Positions 37,334 through 45,468 of a stretch of 64,000 nucleotides of DNA are shown piece by piece (positions within the stretch are counted from its first letter, which is position 1; each line of letters opens with the position of its first letter). Origin of the DNA: Candidatus Micrarchaeota archaeon (GTDB taxonomy: Archaea > Micrarchaeota > Micrarchaeia > Micrarchaeales > Micrarchaeaceae); contig JAKAWW010000001.1 in the NCBI GenBank assembly GCA_021816895.1, positions 493,067-557,066 on the forward strand. Reading direction: 5' to 3'. The position numbers and the translations under genes were made by a program. Below the pieces are notes generated by a model that was not told where the DNA came from, made no database searches, and worked only from the letters and a program-made list of their open reading frames with translations.

Positions 37334-38167
37334 ATGCTTGTAGTGTATGAGGCTGTGCTGCTGCTCATAACAGCGCTTGTTGTAGGGGCAATAGGCAATC
37401 TTGTAGGGATAGGAGGCGGCGTGCTTATCATGGTAGTGCTGTTATTCCTGTTCAAGCTGAATCCACTAATTGCAGGCGGGCTAAGCCTTATTACGATACT
37501 AGCAAGCGCAACAGTGGGCTCTGTATCAAATGTGAGGCAGGAAGCCATAAGCAGAAGCCTGTTTGCGATGATCGCATTGTTTGCAGGCATTGGCGCGCTG
37601 GTGGGTTCCGTAAGCGTATATTATATAAGTACAAAGCCGTTCGAGCTGCTTTTCGGCTTTGTCAGCATAAGTATAGGCATGTTTTCAGTTTTGGCAACAA
37701 GAAGGGATACGCACAGGCTTTCAGGCTTAGACAAGAGCTTTAGCGCCGCAGACGCCTCAGAAAGGGATTATATGAAAAGGAGAAGTACCAGCAACAAGGC
37801 AGGCATAAGCGCAGTAGCAATAATTGCAGGCATAATCGCTGGTCTTTTTGGCATCGGCATTGGCGGCATCATGGGCACGTATTTGACAGCAATAAGGAAA
37901 GTGAATCCAAAGATCGCTTTTTCATCGGTGCTCGCTGCAATGATCGTGACGTCGCTATTGGGATCCCCATTGCATCTCTTTTCAGTGAAAATGGGCCTTG
38001 GAATAATAGCTTTCATTGTTGCGCTCGTTATTGGCGCTGCATGCGGCGCAATTATAGGCGCCTACACCTCAAGCAAGGTACGCTCTGGCAGGCTAAGGTT
38101 TATGCAAGGATACATAATAGTAGGGCTTGGCATTATCACTCTCTTCTTTTCGCTACTCAATTTCTAG
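37334..38167 (+). CDS. TauE/SafE-family anion exporter
   Basis: Eight TMS with duplicated GIGGG motifs (LVGIGGGVLIM and FGIGIGGIMG). Confidence 0.8.
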   Translation: MLVVYEAVLLLITALVVGAIGNLVGIGGGVLIMVVLLFLFKLNPLIAGGLSLITILASATVGSVSNVRQEAISRSLFAMIALFAGIGALVGSVSVYYISTKPFELLFGFVSISIGMFSVLATRRDTHRLSGLDKSFSAADASERDYMKRRSTSNKAGISAVAIIAGIIAGLFGIGIGGIMGTYLTAIRKVNPKIAFSSVLAAMIVTSLLGSPLHLFSVKMGLGIIAFIVALVIGAACGAIIGAYTSSKVRSGRLRFMQGYIIVGLGIITLFFSLLNF

Positions 38168-38805
38168 CGGCTTTTCCTTGAGTAAAATCCAGCCCATAGC
38201 AATACAATGCCTATCGCTTCAGCATAGTACAGAGTTGCCGGGAATTGCACTATGTAAAGCGTGCCTGCAATGCTTACTATTATAACTCCTGCAATTATAC
38301 TCAGCATCTTGACGTTCTTTGTGTGCTTATATGAGAGCGCGGCCATCACTATTATAGCCAATGCCGCCGGGAACGTGGCAACTGAGGATGCTGTCACAAC
38401 CAGGAGAGGCAGCACAGCGTAGACCACATAGCCCACAAGAATGTTACCGATGCTTGTTACTGCCAGTGAGTAGAGCACAAAAACCAATGACAACACGGTA
38501 AATATGTAATATGCCTGCCTTATGCGCCTGCTCTTTGCCAGTTGCACAGAACCAACCGCAAGAGCTGAAACAAGCGCTGCTACTATGAACAGGTATAGCT
38601 TTGCAAAAATGCCCGAGTATGCGCCTGCGGCGAAGAGCGCCTCCAGTAATGTGCCGAATGCAAACAGCGCTATGCCTGTGCCCCAAAAAAGGTAGTTTGA
38701 GCCCTTCTTTGCCCTGTAGTTCGAAAAGAGCAGTGCTGAGAGGATAGCGCTTAGCAGCGTTATTATCGAGGTAGATGCTATTACTATCGCCTGCATGTCA
38801 TTCAT
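38164..38805 (-). CDS. polytopic membrane protein, unknown function
   Basis: About 7 hydrophobic segments. Start taken at MNDMQAIV, 4 nt after the cytochrome b stop. Confidence 0.5.
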   Translation of the reverse strand: MNDMQAIVIASTSIITLLSAILSALLFSNYRAKKGSNYLFWGTGIALFAFGTLLEALFAAGAYSGIFAKLYLFIVAALVSALAVGSVQLAKSRRIRQAYYIFTVLSLVFVLYSLAVTSIGNILVGYVVYAVLPLLVVTASSVATFPAALAIIVMAALSYKHTKNVKMLSIIAGVIIVSIAGTLYIVQFPATLYYAEAIGIVLLWAGFYSRKSR

Positions 38806-38809
38806 ACTA

Positions 38810-40285
38810 TCACTTTTTCTTTTTGCGCATTTCGGGTATTGTGAACCTGTTCCAGAATATCTTGTAGAGCTTGAGCTTGTCCGGCACATCCCTCAGATAT
38901 GGTATGAAAGGAAGAAGAAGCAGCAGCAGCAATGCAGCTGTGGCGAGAATCCCGTTTTCCAGGTCGCCCCACCACGGCAAGCCGGATGTGGCTATCTCCA
39001 GATAGTTGTATGGTGCCATCCAGTAGCTCCCTACCTGCCACCACATGCCGCCTGCTTTTAGCATGCCCCACTGGTGGGTCCTGAGCCCATATATGCTAGC
39101 TGTGCTTTGAAGCTCCCTACTGTCAGAGAGAAACCTTATTACATAAGTATAATTGAGGCCGCTTGCGACCTCGCCCTGAAGGAGCTCCTGGTACGTGCCG
39201 GCCTGGGCCATCTTCACCAGTGTTGCTACTGATACTATCAACGGATTTGAGGAGTTGAAGGCACTCTGCATTGACCAGTTTTTGCTGAAGAACGCATATG
39301 CTTCCGCATAGCTGATGCTGCGCTCTTGCTGCCCTTCAGAAAGGTATTCAGCCATGGCGTTTTTTGCATTATATGATGAATTAATGTATGTGTCGTATGG
39401 CGCAACAACGTATACAAACGAGGTGTTGAATGTGTAAGGATCTATTGTATCAAGATATGTTGCAGTGTGGGAGCTCTGGTTCAGCTCGCTAAGAAGCGTT
39501 ACCGCCATTACGTTGGGGCTTGACTGTGCAATGCTCTGCATAGTGAGAGGGGGCACATAAGGAGCTCGAAGCAGCACCGCAAAAGCAAGCACGATTACCA
39601 GTATGTATGTCATTCGCTTGTACATTGCCTTGTGATCTGCCGGCACCATGCTATAAGGTATGTCGCTCCTATAGGGCTTGTTTAAGCCTTTGCTTTTGAC
39701 AAGCATGTAGTGTGTGAATATCAGCAAGCCAAGCAGTATAGGCACTATTGCAACATGCCAGCCAAGAAGCGCGCCATTGTTCAGCGGGTTGACCCAATAG
39801 CCCAAGCCAAGGCCATTCCACAGGTCTGCGCCTGCCTTGTCGTTCCACTGCGACACAAAGTCGCCCCTGAGCCCTATGCCAAATGCATATTCGAGCACAA
39901 CAAGCAGCAAAAGCACCACGCCTATCATCCAGACGAGCCTTTTCTGCTTGTAGGCAGAAGTAGAAAGCTGCACAAAGAAATGTATTAGCATAAGCGTTAC
40001 GAACGCTTCGGCTGCCCAGAGGTGTATGCTCCTTACAAATGTCCCTACAGTAGTGAGATCCCACCAATACGGACCAAACACGAGCATTATTATGCCGGTA
40101 AGCGCAAGCAGCGCGAAAAGCTCAAGTAGGTAAACGCCAATTGTGAAAAAGAAGTTGTTGCCGTATGAAGGCACTTCGTTTATGTAGAAGAACTTAACAA
40201 AGGACTTTAGCTCTGATTTTATCGAACTGCTGCCATTTGCTTCTGCGGCGCCTGAACCTGCACCCTGCCCGCTGGGCACGTCCAT
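38810..40285 (-). CDS. di-haem cytochrome b family protein with a large C-terminal extension
   Basis: Helix B SIHLWAAEAFVTLMLIHFF has 13 residues between its two His. Helix D GWHVAIVPILLGLLIFTHY has 14 residues between its two His. These are b6/Firmicute-type spacings. About 270 further residues end in a TMS. Confidence 0.65.
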   Translation of the reverse strand: MDVPSGQGAGSGAAEANGSSSIKSELKSFVKFFYINEVPSYGNNFFFTIGVYLLELFALLALTGIIMLVFGPYWWDLTTVGTFVRSIHLWAAEAFVTLMLIHFFVQLSTSAYKQKRLVWMIGVVLLLLVVLEYAFGIGLRGDFVSQWNDKAGADLWNGLGLGYWVNPLNNGALLGWHVAIVPILLGLLIFTHYMLVKSKGLNKPYRSDIPYSMVPADHKAMYKRMTYILVIVLAFAVLLRAPYVPPLTMQSIAQSSPNVMAVTLLSELNQSSHTATYLDTIDPYTFNTSFVYVVAPYDTYINSSYNAKNAMAEYLSEGQQERSISYAEAYAFFSKNWSMQSAFNSSNPLIVSVATLVKMAQAGTYQELLQGEVASGLNYTYVIRFLSDSRELQSTASIYGLRTHQWGMLKAGGMWWQVGSYWMAPYNYLEIATSGLPWWGDLENGILATAALLLLLLLPFIPYLRDVPDKLKLYKIFWNRFTIPEMRKKKK

Positions 40286-40386
40286 AGTTAGGATTCTTTC
40301 CAAAATGCTAAAAAGCTTTCTTTTGCATGCTCTTGAGAATTCTGGCAAAGATATAAATTATTGCACCGATCAGTATATGTGATTCC

Positions 40387-40959
40387 ATGGATGATAATGT
40401 CAGCAGCGCCAATAGCACAGTGGCGGCCGAAAGGCAGGCCAAAACCAAGAGCGGCGGGAAGAATACCTACATATATGTGGGAATCGCCATCATAGTTATC
40501 GTCGCAATAGTCGCGATATACGCGCTCTCTAGCAGCGTAAGCGGCGCTTCTGTTGTGCCAGGAGACAACGTAAGCGTTTATTACACAGGTAAATTCGTGA
40601 ATGGGACTGTTTTCAGCACAAATGTCGGGGGCGCTCCATTTAACTTTACCGTAGGGGCTGGCGAAACAATAACGGGATTTAACAATGCAGTGATGGGCAT
40701 GAAAGTGGGGGAGAACAAAACAGTTACGTTGCCGCCGAGCGAGGCTTATGGAGCAGTCAACCAGAGCCTTATAGTGGCAGTTCCGATAACTGATTTTGGA
40801 AATCAAACCCTGAAACAGGGAATGGCTATTAAAACAAGCAGCGGCTTGACCGGTGGGATAATAGGCATCAATGCCACCACAGTGATAGTAGACTTCAATC
40901 CGCCTCTGGCTGGCGATACTTTGGTGTTCCAGATACACCTCGTGTCAATAAGGAAATAG
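40387..40959 (+). CDS. membrane-anchored FKBP-type peptidyl-prolyl isomerase
   Basis: N-terminal TMS, then VSVYYTGKFVNGTVFSTN...FNFTVGAGETITGFNNAVMGMKVGE...PPSEAYG. The antisense ORF 40288-40938 was rejected. Confidence 0.85.
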   Translation: MDDNVSSANSTVAAERQAKTKSGGKNTYIYVGIAIIVIVAIVAIYALSSSVSGASVVPGDNVSVYYTGKFVNGTVFSTNVGGAPFNFTVGAGETITGFNNAVMGMKVGENKTVTLPPSEAYGAVNQSLIVAVPITDFGNQTLKQGMAIKTSSGLTGGIIGINATTVIVDFNPPLAGDTLVFQIHLVSIRK

Positions 40960-40986
40960 ACATAGGTAGTGCATATCGCTCCAATG

Positions 40987-41739
40987 CTAGTATCTTGGGA
41001 ACTTTTCCCGGAGCGCTTCGCTGCTCTCGCGCGCATGCTTTTGAAGCTCGCTCCTTATCTCTTCAATATCCTTTGAGATGCGCATGCACGCTCCGAACAG
41101 GTAGTTTATCTCGCTGATGGCTTGGCCTGCAATTGAATTATTATGGATTTTCTGCATTTTAGCTGCCTCTTTGTGCAGGCTGCGCACTTCTTTTTCCAGC
41201 CTGTAAAAGTCGCCAAATACTTTGTCGATTGCGATTTTTGATCTCTTCTTGTAATCGAGGAAGTTTTCTACTTCTTGCATGTAGAACCACTTTTCAACGG
41301 GTCCGTGGGAAAGCGAATTTTTGAGAGTCTCGTAATCTTTGTCGAGCTGCGCCGAGTATGAGGTTATCGCAGCGTTCATCATTATTGCCTTGCTCTTTTC
41401 TCCGTGTGTTTCTACGTATGCATGCTTGCTTAGGAACGCGTATGCTTCGTTTGCTCGCTTGGTTATGGCATTCGCATCGGGATTTTTGCTTATGTCAGGA
41501 TGATAGCGCTTTACCATGCCCCGATATGCATCTTTTATCGTTTTCTGGTCATCTGTAGGCGCTATGCCTAGCACTGCAAAGTATTCTAATTCCTTGCCAT
41601 TAATGCCAAACCCATCGGAAAGCTTCCCAAACGCTTCTTTTGCAGCCCCAACCCTCTTGGCAAATTTTTTAATTTTATTGCTGCGCCTTGCGTCAACCAA
41701 TCTGCCAAGCACTCCTTTTGCCTCCATTTTACCACTCAT
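40987..41739 (-). CDS. J-domain protein
   Basis: YFAVLGIAPTDDQKTIKDAYRGMVKRYHPDISKNP contains the HPD motif. The rest is unassigned. Confidence 0.7.
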   Translation of the reverse strand: MSGKMEAKGVLGRLVDARRSNKIKKFAKRVGAAKEAFGKLSDGFGINGKELEYFAVLGIAPTDDQKTIKDAYRGMVKRYHPDISKNPDANAITKRANEAYAFLSKHAYVETHGEKSKAIMMNAAITSYSAQLDKDYETLKNSLSHGPVEKWFYMQEVENFLDYKKRSKIAIDKVFGDFYRLEKEVRSLHKEAAKMQKIHNNSIAGQAISEINYLFGACMRISKDIEEIRSELQKHARESSEALREKFPRY

Positions 41740-41776
41740 ATTTGCATATTGTTATTTATAATTTGAGTGTTAATTT

Positions 41777-42289
41777 GTGCACATGTACGATTTGAGCAAC
41801 CATCCGCCAAGCGATGCCCTTCGCAAAGTATCACTGGCATTTATAATAGACAAGGAAAACAGGAAGCTGCTCCTTGCGATGAAAAAGCGCGGGTTTGGCA
41901 AGGACAGATGGAACGGCTATGGAGGTAAGCAGATCCAGGGCGAAAGCATAGAGGAAACAGCGATAAGGGAAACGAAGGAGGAGATAGGCATAGAGCCCAC
42001 AAAGATAGAGATGGTTGGCACGCTTAACTTCTTCTTTGAGAAAACGCCAAACGATGCGGATTGGAACCAACAAGTTGTGGTATTCATAATAAAAGAATGG
42101 AAGGGCATGCCTTCTGAAAGCGAGGAGATGAGGCCTGAATGGTTTGATATAGACAGGCTTCCTTTTGATTTTATGTGGGAGGATGACAAATACTGGCTGC
42201 CAAAAGTCCTAAGCGGCAAAAAAGTGGAAGGCACGTTCATATTTGATAATGACCAGAAGTTGCACGAGTTCGAAGTTAAGGAGCTATAG
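41777..42289 (+). CDS. NUDIX hydrolase (MutT-like)
   Basis: The Nudix box is GGKQIQGESIEETAIRETKEEIGI. Confidence 0.85.
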   Translation: MHMYDLSNHPPSDALRKVSLAFIIDKENRKLLLAMKKRGFGKDRWNGYGGKQIQGESIEETAIRETKEEIGIEPTKIEMVGTLNFFFEKTPNDADWNQQVVVFIIKEWKGMPSESEEMRPEWFDIDRLPFDFMWEDDKYWLPKVLSGKKVEGTFIFDNDQKLHEFEVKEL

Positions 42290-42319
42290 TGCAAGCTTTT
42301 TATTCGTAGGGCAAGAATA

Positions 42320-42339
42320 CCACGACTTTTAAGTCGTGG
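42320..42339 (+). other. LE-like hairpin 1 (upstream of tnpA)
   Basis: ccacgac-ttttaa-gtcgtgg followed by atgaat. The same stem consensus and trailing atgaat occur at 42966 and 21472. Confidence 0.65.
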
Positions 42340-42450
42340 ATGAATTGCACACTGCGATACGATAAATACTACTTCTTTTCTTGTGATATTCCGTTAATAG
42401 CAGCGTGCTGCAAATTTGCGCGGCACCGCGACTGCCAGAAACGTGAGCGT

Positions 42451-42873
42451 ATGAATGGCATAGCGAATGCAAAATATAAAGAACCATCTGCCAACGATGT
42501 TGGCCATCAGTACAACTTCCAACACCTTGTATTGGTTACGAAATACAGGTACAAAATGTTCAAGAACTCGAAAACTGTCGAGATAATACGGGATGCGCTT
42601 TATGACGCCGCAGAAAGACACGGTATGGCAATAAAAGAGATGTCTTTTGGCGACGACTATGCGCATGTCCATATGGAAGTCAGCATACCAAATACAATGT
42701 CAGTTTCGTATGCGGTGCAGTTGTTGAAGGGATACTCGTCATACAAAGTGTTCAAAGAAATGCCTCGACACATATTGCGCTATTTCCAAGGGCATTTTTG
42801 GACTGCCGGCTACAGCAATGGAAGTGTTGGTCCGAGAGATGAAAATACGCTACAGAACCACATCCGAAGGTAG
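42451..42873 (+). CDS. tnpA: IS200/IS605 TnpA (Y1 HUH transposase), catalytic Tyr apparently replaced
   Basis: YNFQHLVLVTKYRYKMF and the HUH motif AHVHMEV are present. The C-terminus reads TLQNHIRR where family members have x-x-Q-x-Y-I-x-x-Q. Confidence 0.8.
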   Translation: MNGIANAKYKEPSANDVGHQYNFQHLVLVTKYRYKMFKNSKTVEIIRDALYDAAERHGMAIKEMSFGDDYAHVHMEVSIPNTMSVSYAVQLLKGYSSYKVFKEMPRHILRYFQGHFWTAGYSNGSVGPRDENTLQNHIRR

Positions 42874-42965
42874 GATATCTCAGGACAACTGCATCTTGCC
42901 GTTTAACCAAAGTGATACTGCGACCTTTAGGCCGCAGAGAAGGTCATAGAATCTATAGCAGAAAG

Positions 42966-42986
42966 CCCACGATTTTCAATCGTGGG
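42966..42986 (+). other. LE-like hairpin 2 (upstream of tnpB, and the left end of the unit copied in the MITE)
   Basis: cccacga-ttttcaa-tcgtggg followed by atgaat. The MITE copy reads cccacct-ctttcaa-aggtggg, where two stem positions differ and both base pairs are kept. Confidence 0.75.
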
Positions 42987-43047
42987 ATGAATGCGAAACA
43001 CATAAATTATTAATTGTAGCTAAATATATAATATGATAGTGAAGTAA

Positions 43048-44265
43048 ATGAAATTAACTCAGATTGTAAAGGTAGAAGGAGATTATGAAATATTGGACAA
43101 TCTTGCAAAGATAACCAACGGCTTGTATAATTCTGCATTGTATGAAAGCAGCCAAAGATACAAGCGAGAGCAAAAGTTCTACTTCTACTACGATCTCTGT
43201 AATATACTAAAGAACAACACTCTCTATACCCTACTGCCTTCCCAAACCGCTCAGGCGGTATTGCAAAAAGTGGAAGGTGCAATAAAGTCATTCCTGAAAC
43301 TTCGCAGAAACAACGCAAATGCAGCATATCCAAAATACCACAAGAAGAACACAACATGGGTAATACCATTCAAATCGCAGCAGATAAAAATTGACGGAAA
43401 CATTTTGACAGTTCCAATGTCCATGAAGTATAGAGAAGAAAAGGGGCTGTCGCATATTGATCTCAAAATTCCCAATATGCGATATGACGGAATTGTGAAA
43501 TACATTGAATTGTATAAAACAGACAGATGGTATGCATCAATAGTGATTGACGTAAAAGAACAACAGGAATCTGTGCCAAAAGGCAATCTCTACATCGATC
43601 TCGGAGTTAGGAACCTCGCAACAGTATTCGATGGCAAAAAGGTTGCGATTTATTCAGGAGGAAAAACCAGTTCTACAAATAGGTATAGAAACAAAAAGAA
43701 TGCAGAACAACAGGCCATTCTTTCAACAATAGGGAAAAAGACAAGTAAAGAGAAGAGGCGAATTGCAAGAAAGGCGTTGCATCAATTGAAGCAGCAGCTG
43801 CACTCAATGACAAAGTCTATAGTACAAAAAGCAAAGGCCGAAAACAAAGGCATAGTTGTAGGGAATCTGTCACATGTAAGAGACAGCGCCAATTATAATG
43901 ACAATGCCAACCAGAAGATACATCAATGGCAGTTTGCTGAGATAACAAAACAACTCTTCTACAAGGCAAAGGAGTTTGGGATAAAGATAACGAAAATATC
44001 AGAGGAAGATACTTCAAAGACATGCGCACTGTGCGGCCAAGAAGCAAACGGAAGAGTGCACAGGGGATTGTATAGATGTAAACTATACGGCAAACAGTTC
44101 AACGCGGATGCGAATGGTGCGTTGAACATAATGAAAAGGTATCTCCAAATCCCATTGCAACAAGGCAGTGGGATAGGAGTAGTGGGTGTCCTGGCACACC
44201 CTGCGGTATACCGTTGGAATGAACACAGATGGTGTAATGATGCCAACGGTCGAAACGAACCTTGA
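43048..44265 (+). CDS. tnpB: TnpB (IS605 OrfB family RNA-guided nuclease homologue)
   Basis: RuvC-I YIDLGVRNLATV, zinc finger TSKTCALCG...HRGLYRC, and RuvC-III FNADANGALNI. The expected RuvC-II strand reads GIVVGNLSHV. Confidence 0.9.
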   Translation: MKLTQIVKVEGDYEILDNLAKITNGLYNSALYESSQRYKREQKFYFYYDLCNILKNNTLYTLLPSQTAQAVLQKVEGAIKSFLKLRRNNANAAYPKYHKKNTTWVIPFKSQQIKIDGNILTVPMSMKYREEKGLSHIDLKIPNMRYDGIVKYIELYKTDRWYASIVIDVKEQQESVPKGNLYIDLGVRNLATVFDGKKVAIYSGGKTSSTNRYRNKKNAEQQAILSTIGKKTSKEKRRIARKALHQLKQQLHSMTKSIVQKAKAENKGIVVGNLSHVRDSANYNDNANQKIHQWQFAEITKQLFYKAKEFGIKITKISEEDTSKTCALCGQEANGRVHRGLYRCKLYGKQFNADANGALNIMKRYLQIPLQQGSGIGVVGVLAHPAVYRWNEHRWCNDANGRNEP

Positions 44266-44309
44266 AACCGTGAGGAACCCCACAGAATTTATTCGTGGGA
44301 GGATGTCAG
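44140..44309 (+). ncRNA. candidate omega/right-end RNA scaffold of TnpB (extent is a guess)
   Basis: By analogy with characterised TnpB systems, the guide RNA scaffold overlaps the 3' end of tnpB and ends at the RE boundary. The RE hairpin 44279-44299 and the last 72 nt are conserved in the MITE. Confidence 0.35.
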
Positions 44310-44408
44310 GCATGGTATGTGGGCTTCAGAGCTTCACAAGGCAAGGACATTTACGTGCCATACCTGTCAAAATACGCAAAAGAATATTCTGGATACTGAG
44401 CCTTGCGC

Positions 44409-45353
44409 TCAGTCAATCCTGTCCACAGAATAAGGAAACATCTTTTCAACTTTTTTTGGTATCTCTTTTATAATTTTTTCTAGCTGCTTTTGGCATAATG
44501 CTGCGATTATCTCAGGCGGCTTGTTTACTTTGATTATGTAGTGCCCCTCTTCTGATATAACTGAAATCCTTCCTATAAGCGCATACGGCACCTCCATAGA
44601 GTTTATCATTTCATTTATCTGCTTCTCGTATTCACCGCTAACGGGCACATTCTTGATCCCATTATCTATGTACATGACTGAACTCCTGAATGTAGAATCA
44701 AGCATATACTTAAATGTCTGAAATTCCTTGCGCGTTGCGCGCAGCAAATTATTTAGCTGAAGCTTTTTCGCTTCTGATTGGCCTATCAGAGCCATGCTTT
44801 CGGTGCCTTCGGCATTCTTGTGGACATCAAATATGGAAAGCCTGAGCAAGTCCGCCTTGTTCTTGCTCCTGGCTATCGATAGAACGCACTCATAAATATT
44901 CGCGAAGCCCTGCTTCTCGCTTTCTGGAGCATGATGCTTTAGCATTGCGAGCTTATCGCCGCTATTAAGCGTGTCTATTGGCGGCCAGTAGCTTTCATAT
45001 GGGAATGCATGTGGATGCGAATGCACAAACATTACCGAATCATATCCAAAGCTTTTCTTATAAAAGGCAATTTCATTCTCCTCTTTGACAGCATCGGTGT
45101 TGACAAAAGTGCTTCCCCTAATGCGTACGCTGCTGCTTGGTACATATTTGTCAAATAGTATCTTTCCGTTAGAAGTGCGGCCAAATATAAAGCCAGCAGT
45201 CTCATAGTCCCTGTTCATATCCATTGCAAGCATATAGATTGCACTCCTACTTACTTCTATGTATGGATCGCTGCCTGTTTTATACGAAAATAGCATGTTT
45301 TCTGATATCTGCTCTAGTTTTATCCTTTTCTTGAGCTCTGCATAAGTATCCAT
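44409..45353 (-). CDS. JAB/MPN-like domain protein with an unknown C-terminal domain
   Basis: ETAGFIFGR provides the conserved Glu context and MFVHSHPHAFPYES provides H-x-H-x7-S. The usual S-x-x-D is not evident. The C-terminal ~170 aa are unassigned. Confidence 0.45.
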   Translation of the reverse strand: MDTYAELKKRIKLEQISENMLFSYKTGSDPYIEVSRSAIYMLAMDMNRDYETAGFIFGRTSNGKILFDKYVPSSSVRIRGSTFVNTDAVKEENEIAFYKKSFGYDSVMFVHSHPHAFPYESYWPPIDTLNSGDKLAMLKHHAPESEKQGFANIYECVLSIARSKNKADLLRLSIFDVHKNAEGTESMALIGQSEAKKLQLNNLLRATRKEFQTFKYMLDSTFRSSVMYIDNGIKNVPVSGEYEKQINEMINSMEVPYALIGRISVISEEGHYIIKVNKPPEIIAALCQKQLEKIIKEIPKKVEKMFPYSVDRID

Positions 45354-45468
45354 AATATTTTGTATGCCTTAGGTTGTATTTATAATTTGCTTTTTGTTGA
45401 ATTTTATCAGTAGTTAATTGAATAACTGCAAATTAGGGCATGAAATTTTGCAGCTAGCCAGCAGACAC

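Larger units (their letters stand above)
42303..44309 (+). mobile_element. IS200/IS605-family element (tnpA + tnpB); the left boundary is approximate
   Basis: Contains a Y1/HUH transposase gene and a tnpB gene. Subterminal hairpins lie at 42320-42339, 42966-42986 and 44279-44299. The right boundary is defined by the end of homology with the MITE at 21668. Confidence 0.8.

Noticed and set aside
40288-40938. 216-aa minus-strand ORF
   Set aside because: Antisense to the FKBP isomerase gene, whose motifs are clear. The ORF also overlaps the cytochrome b start region.
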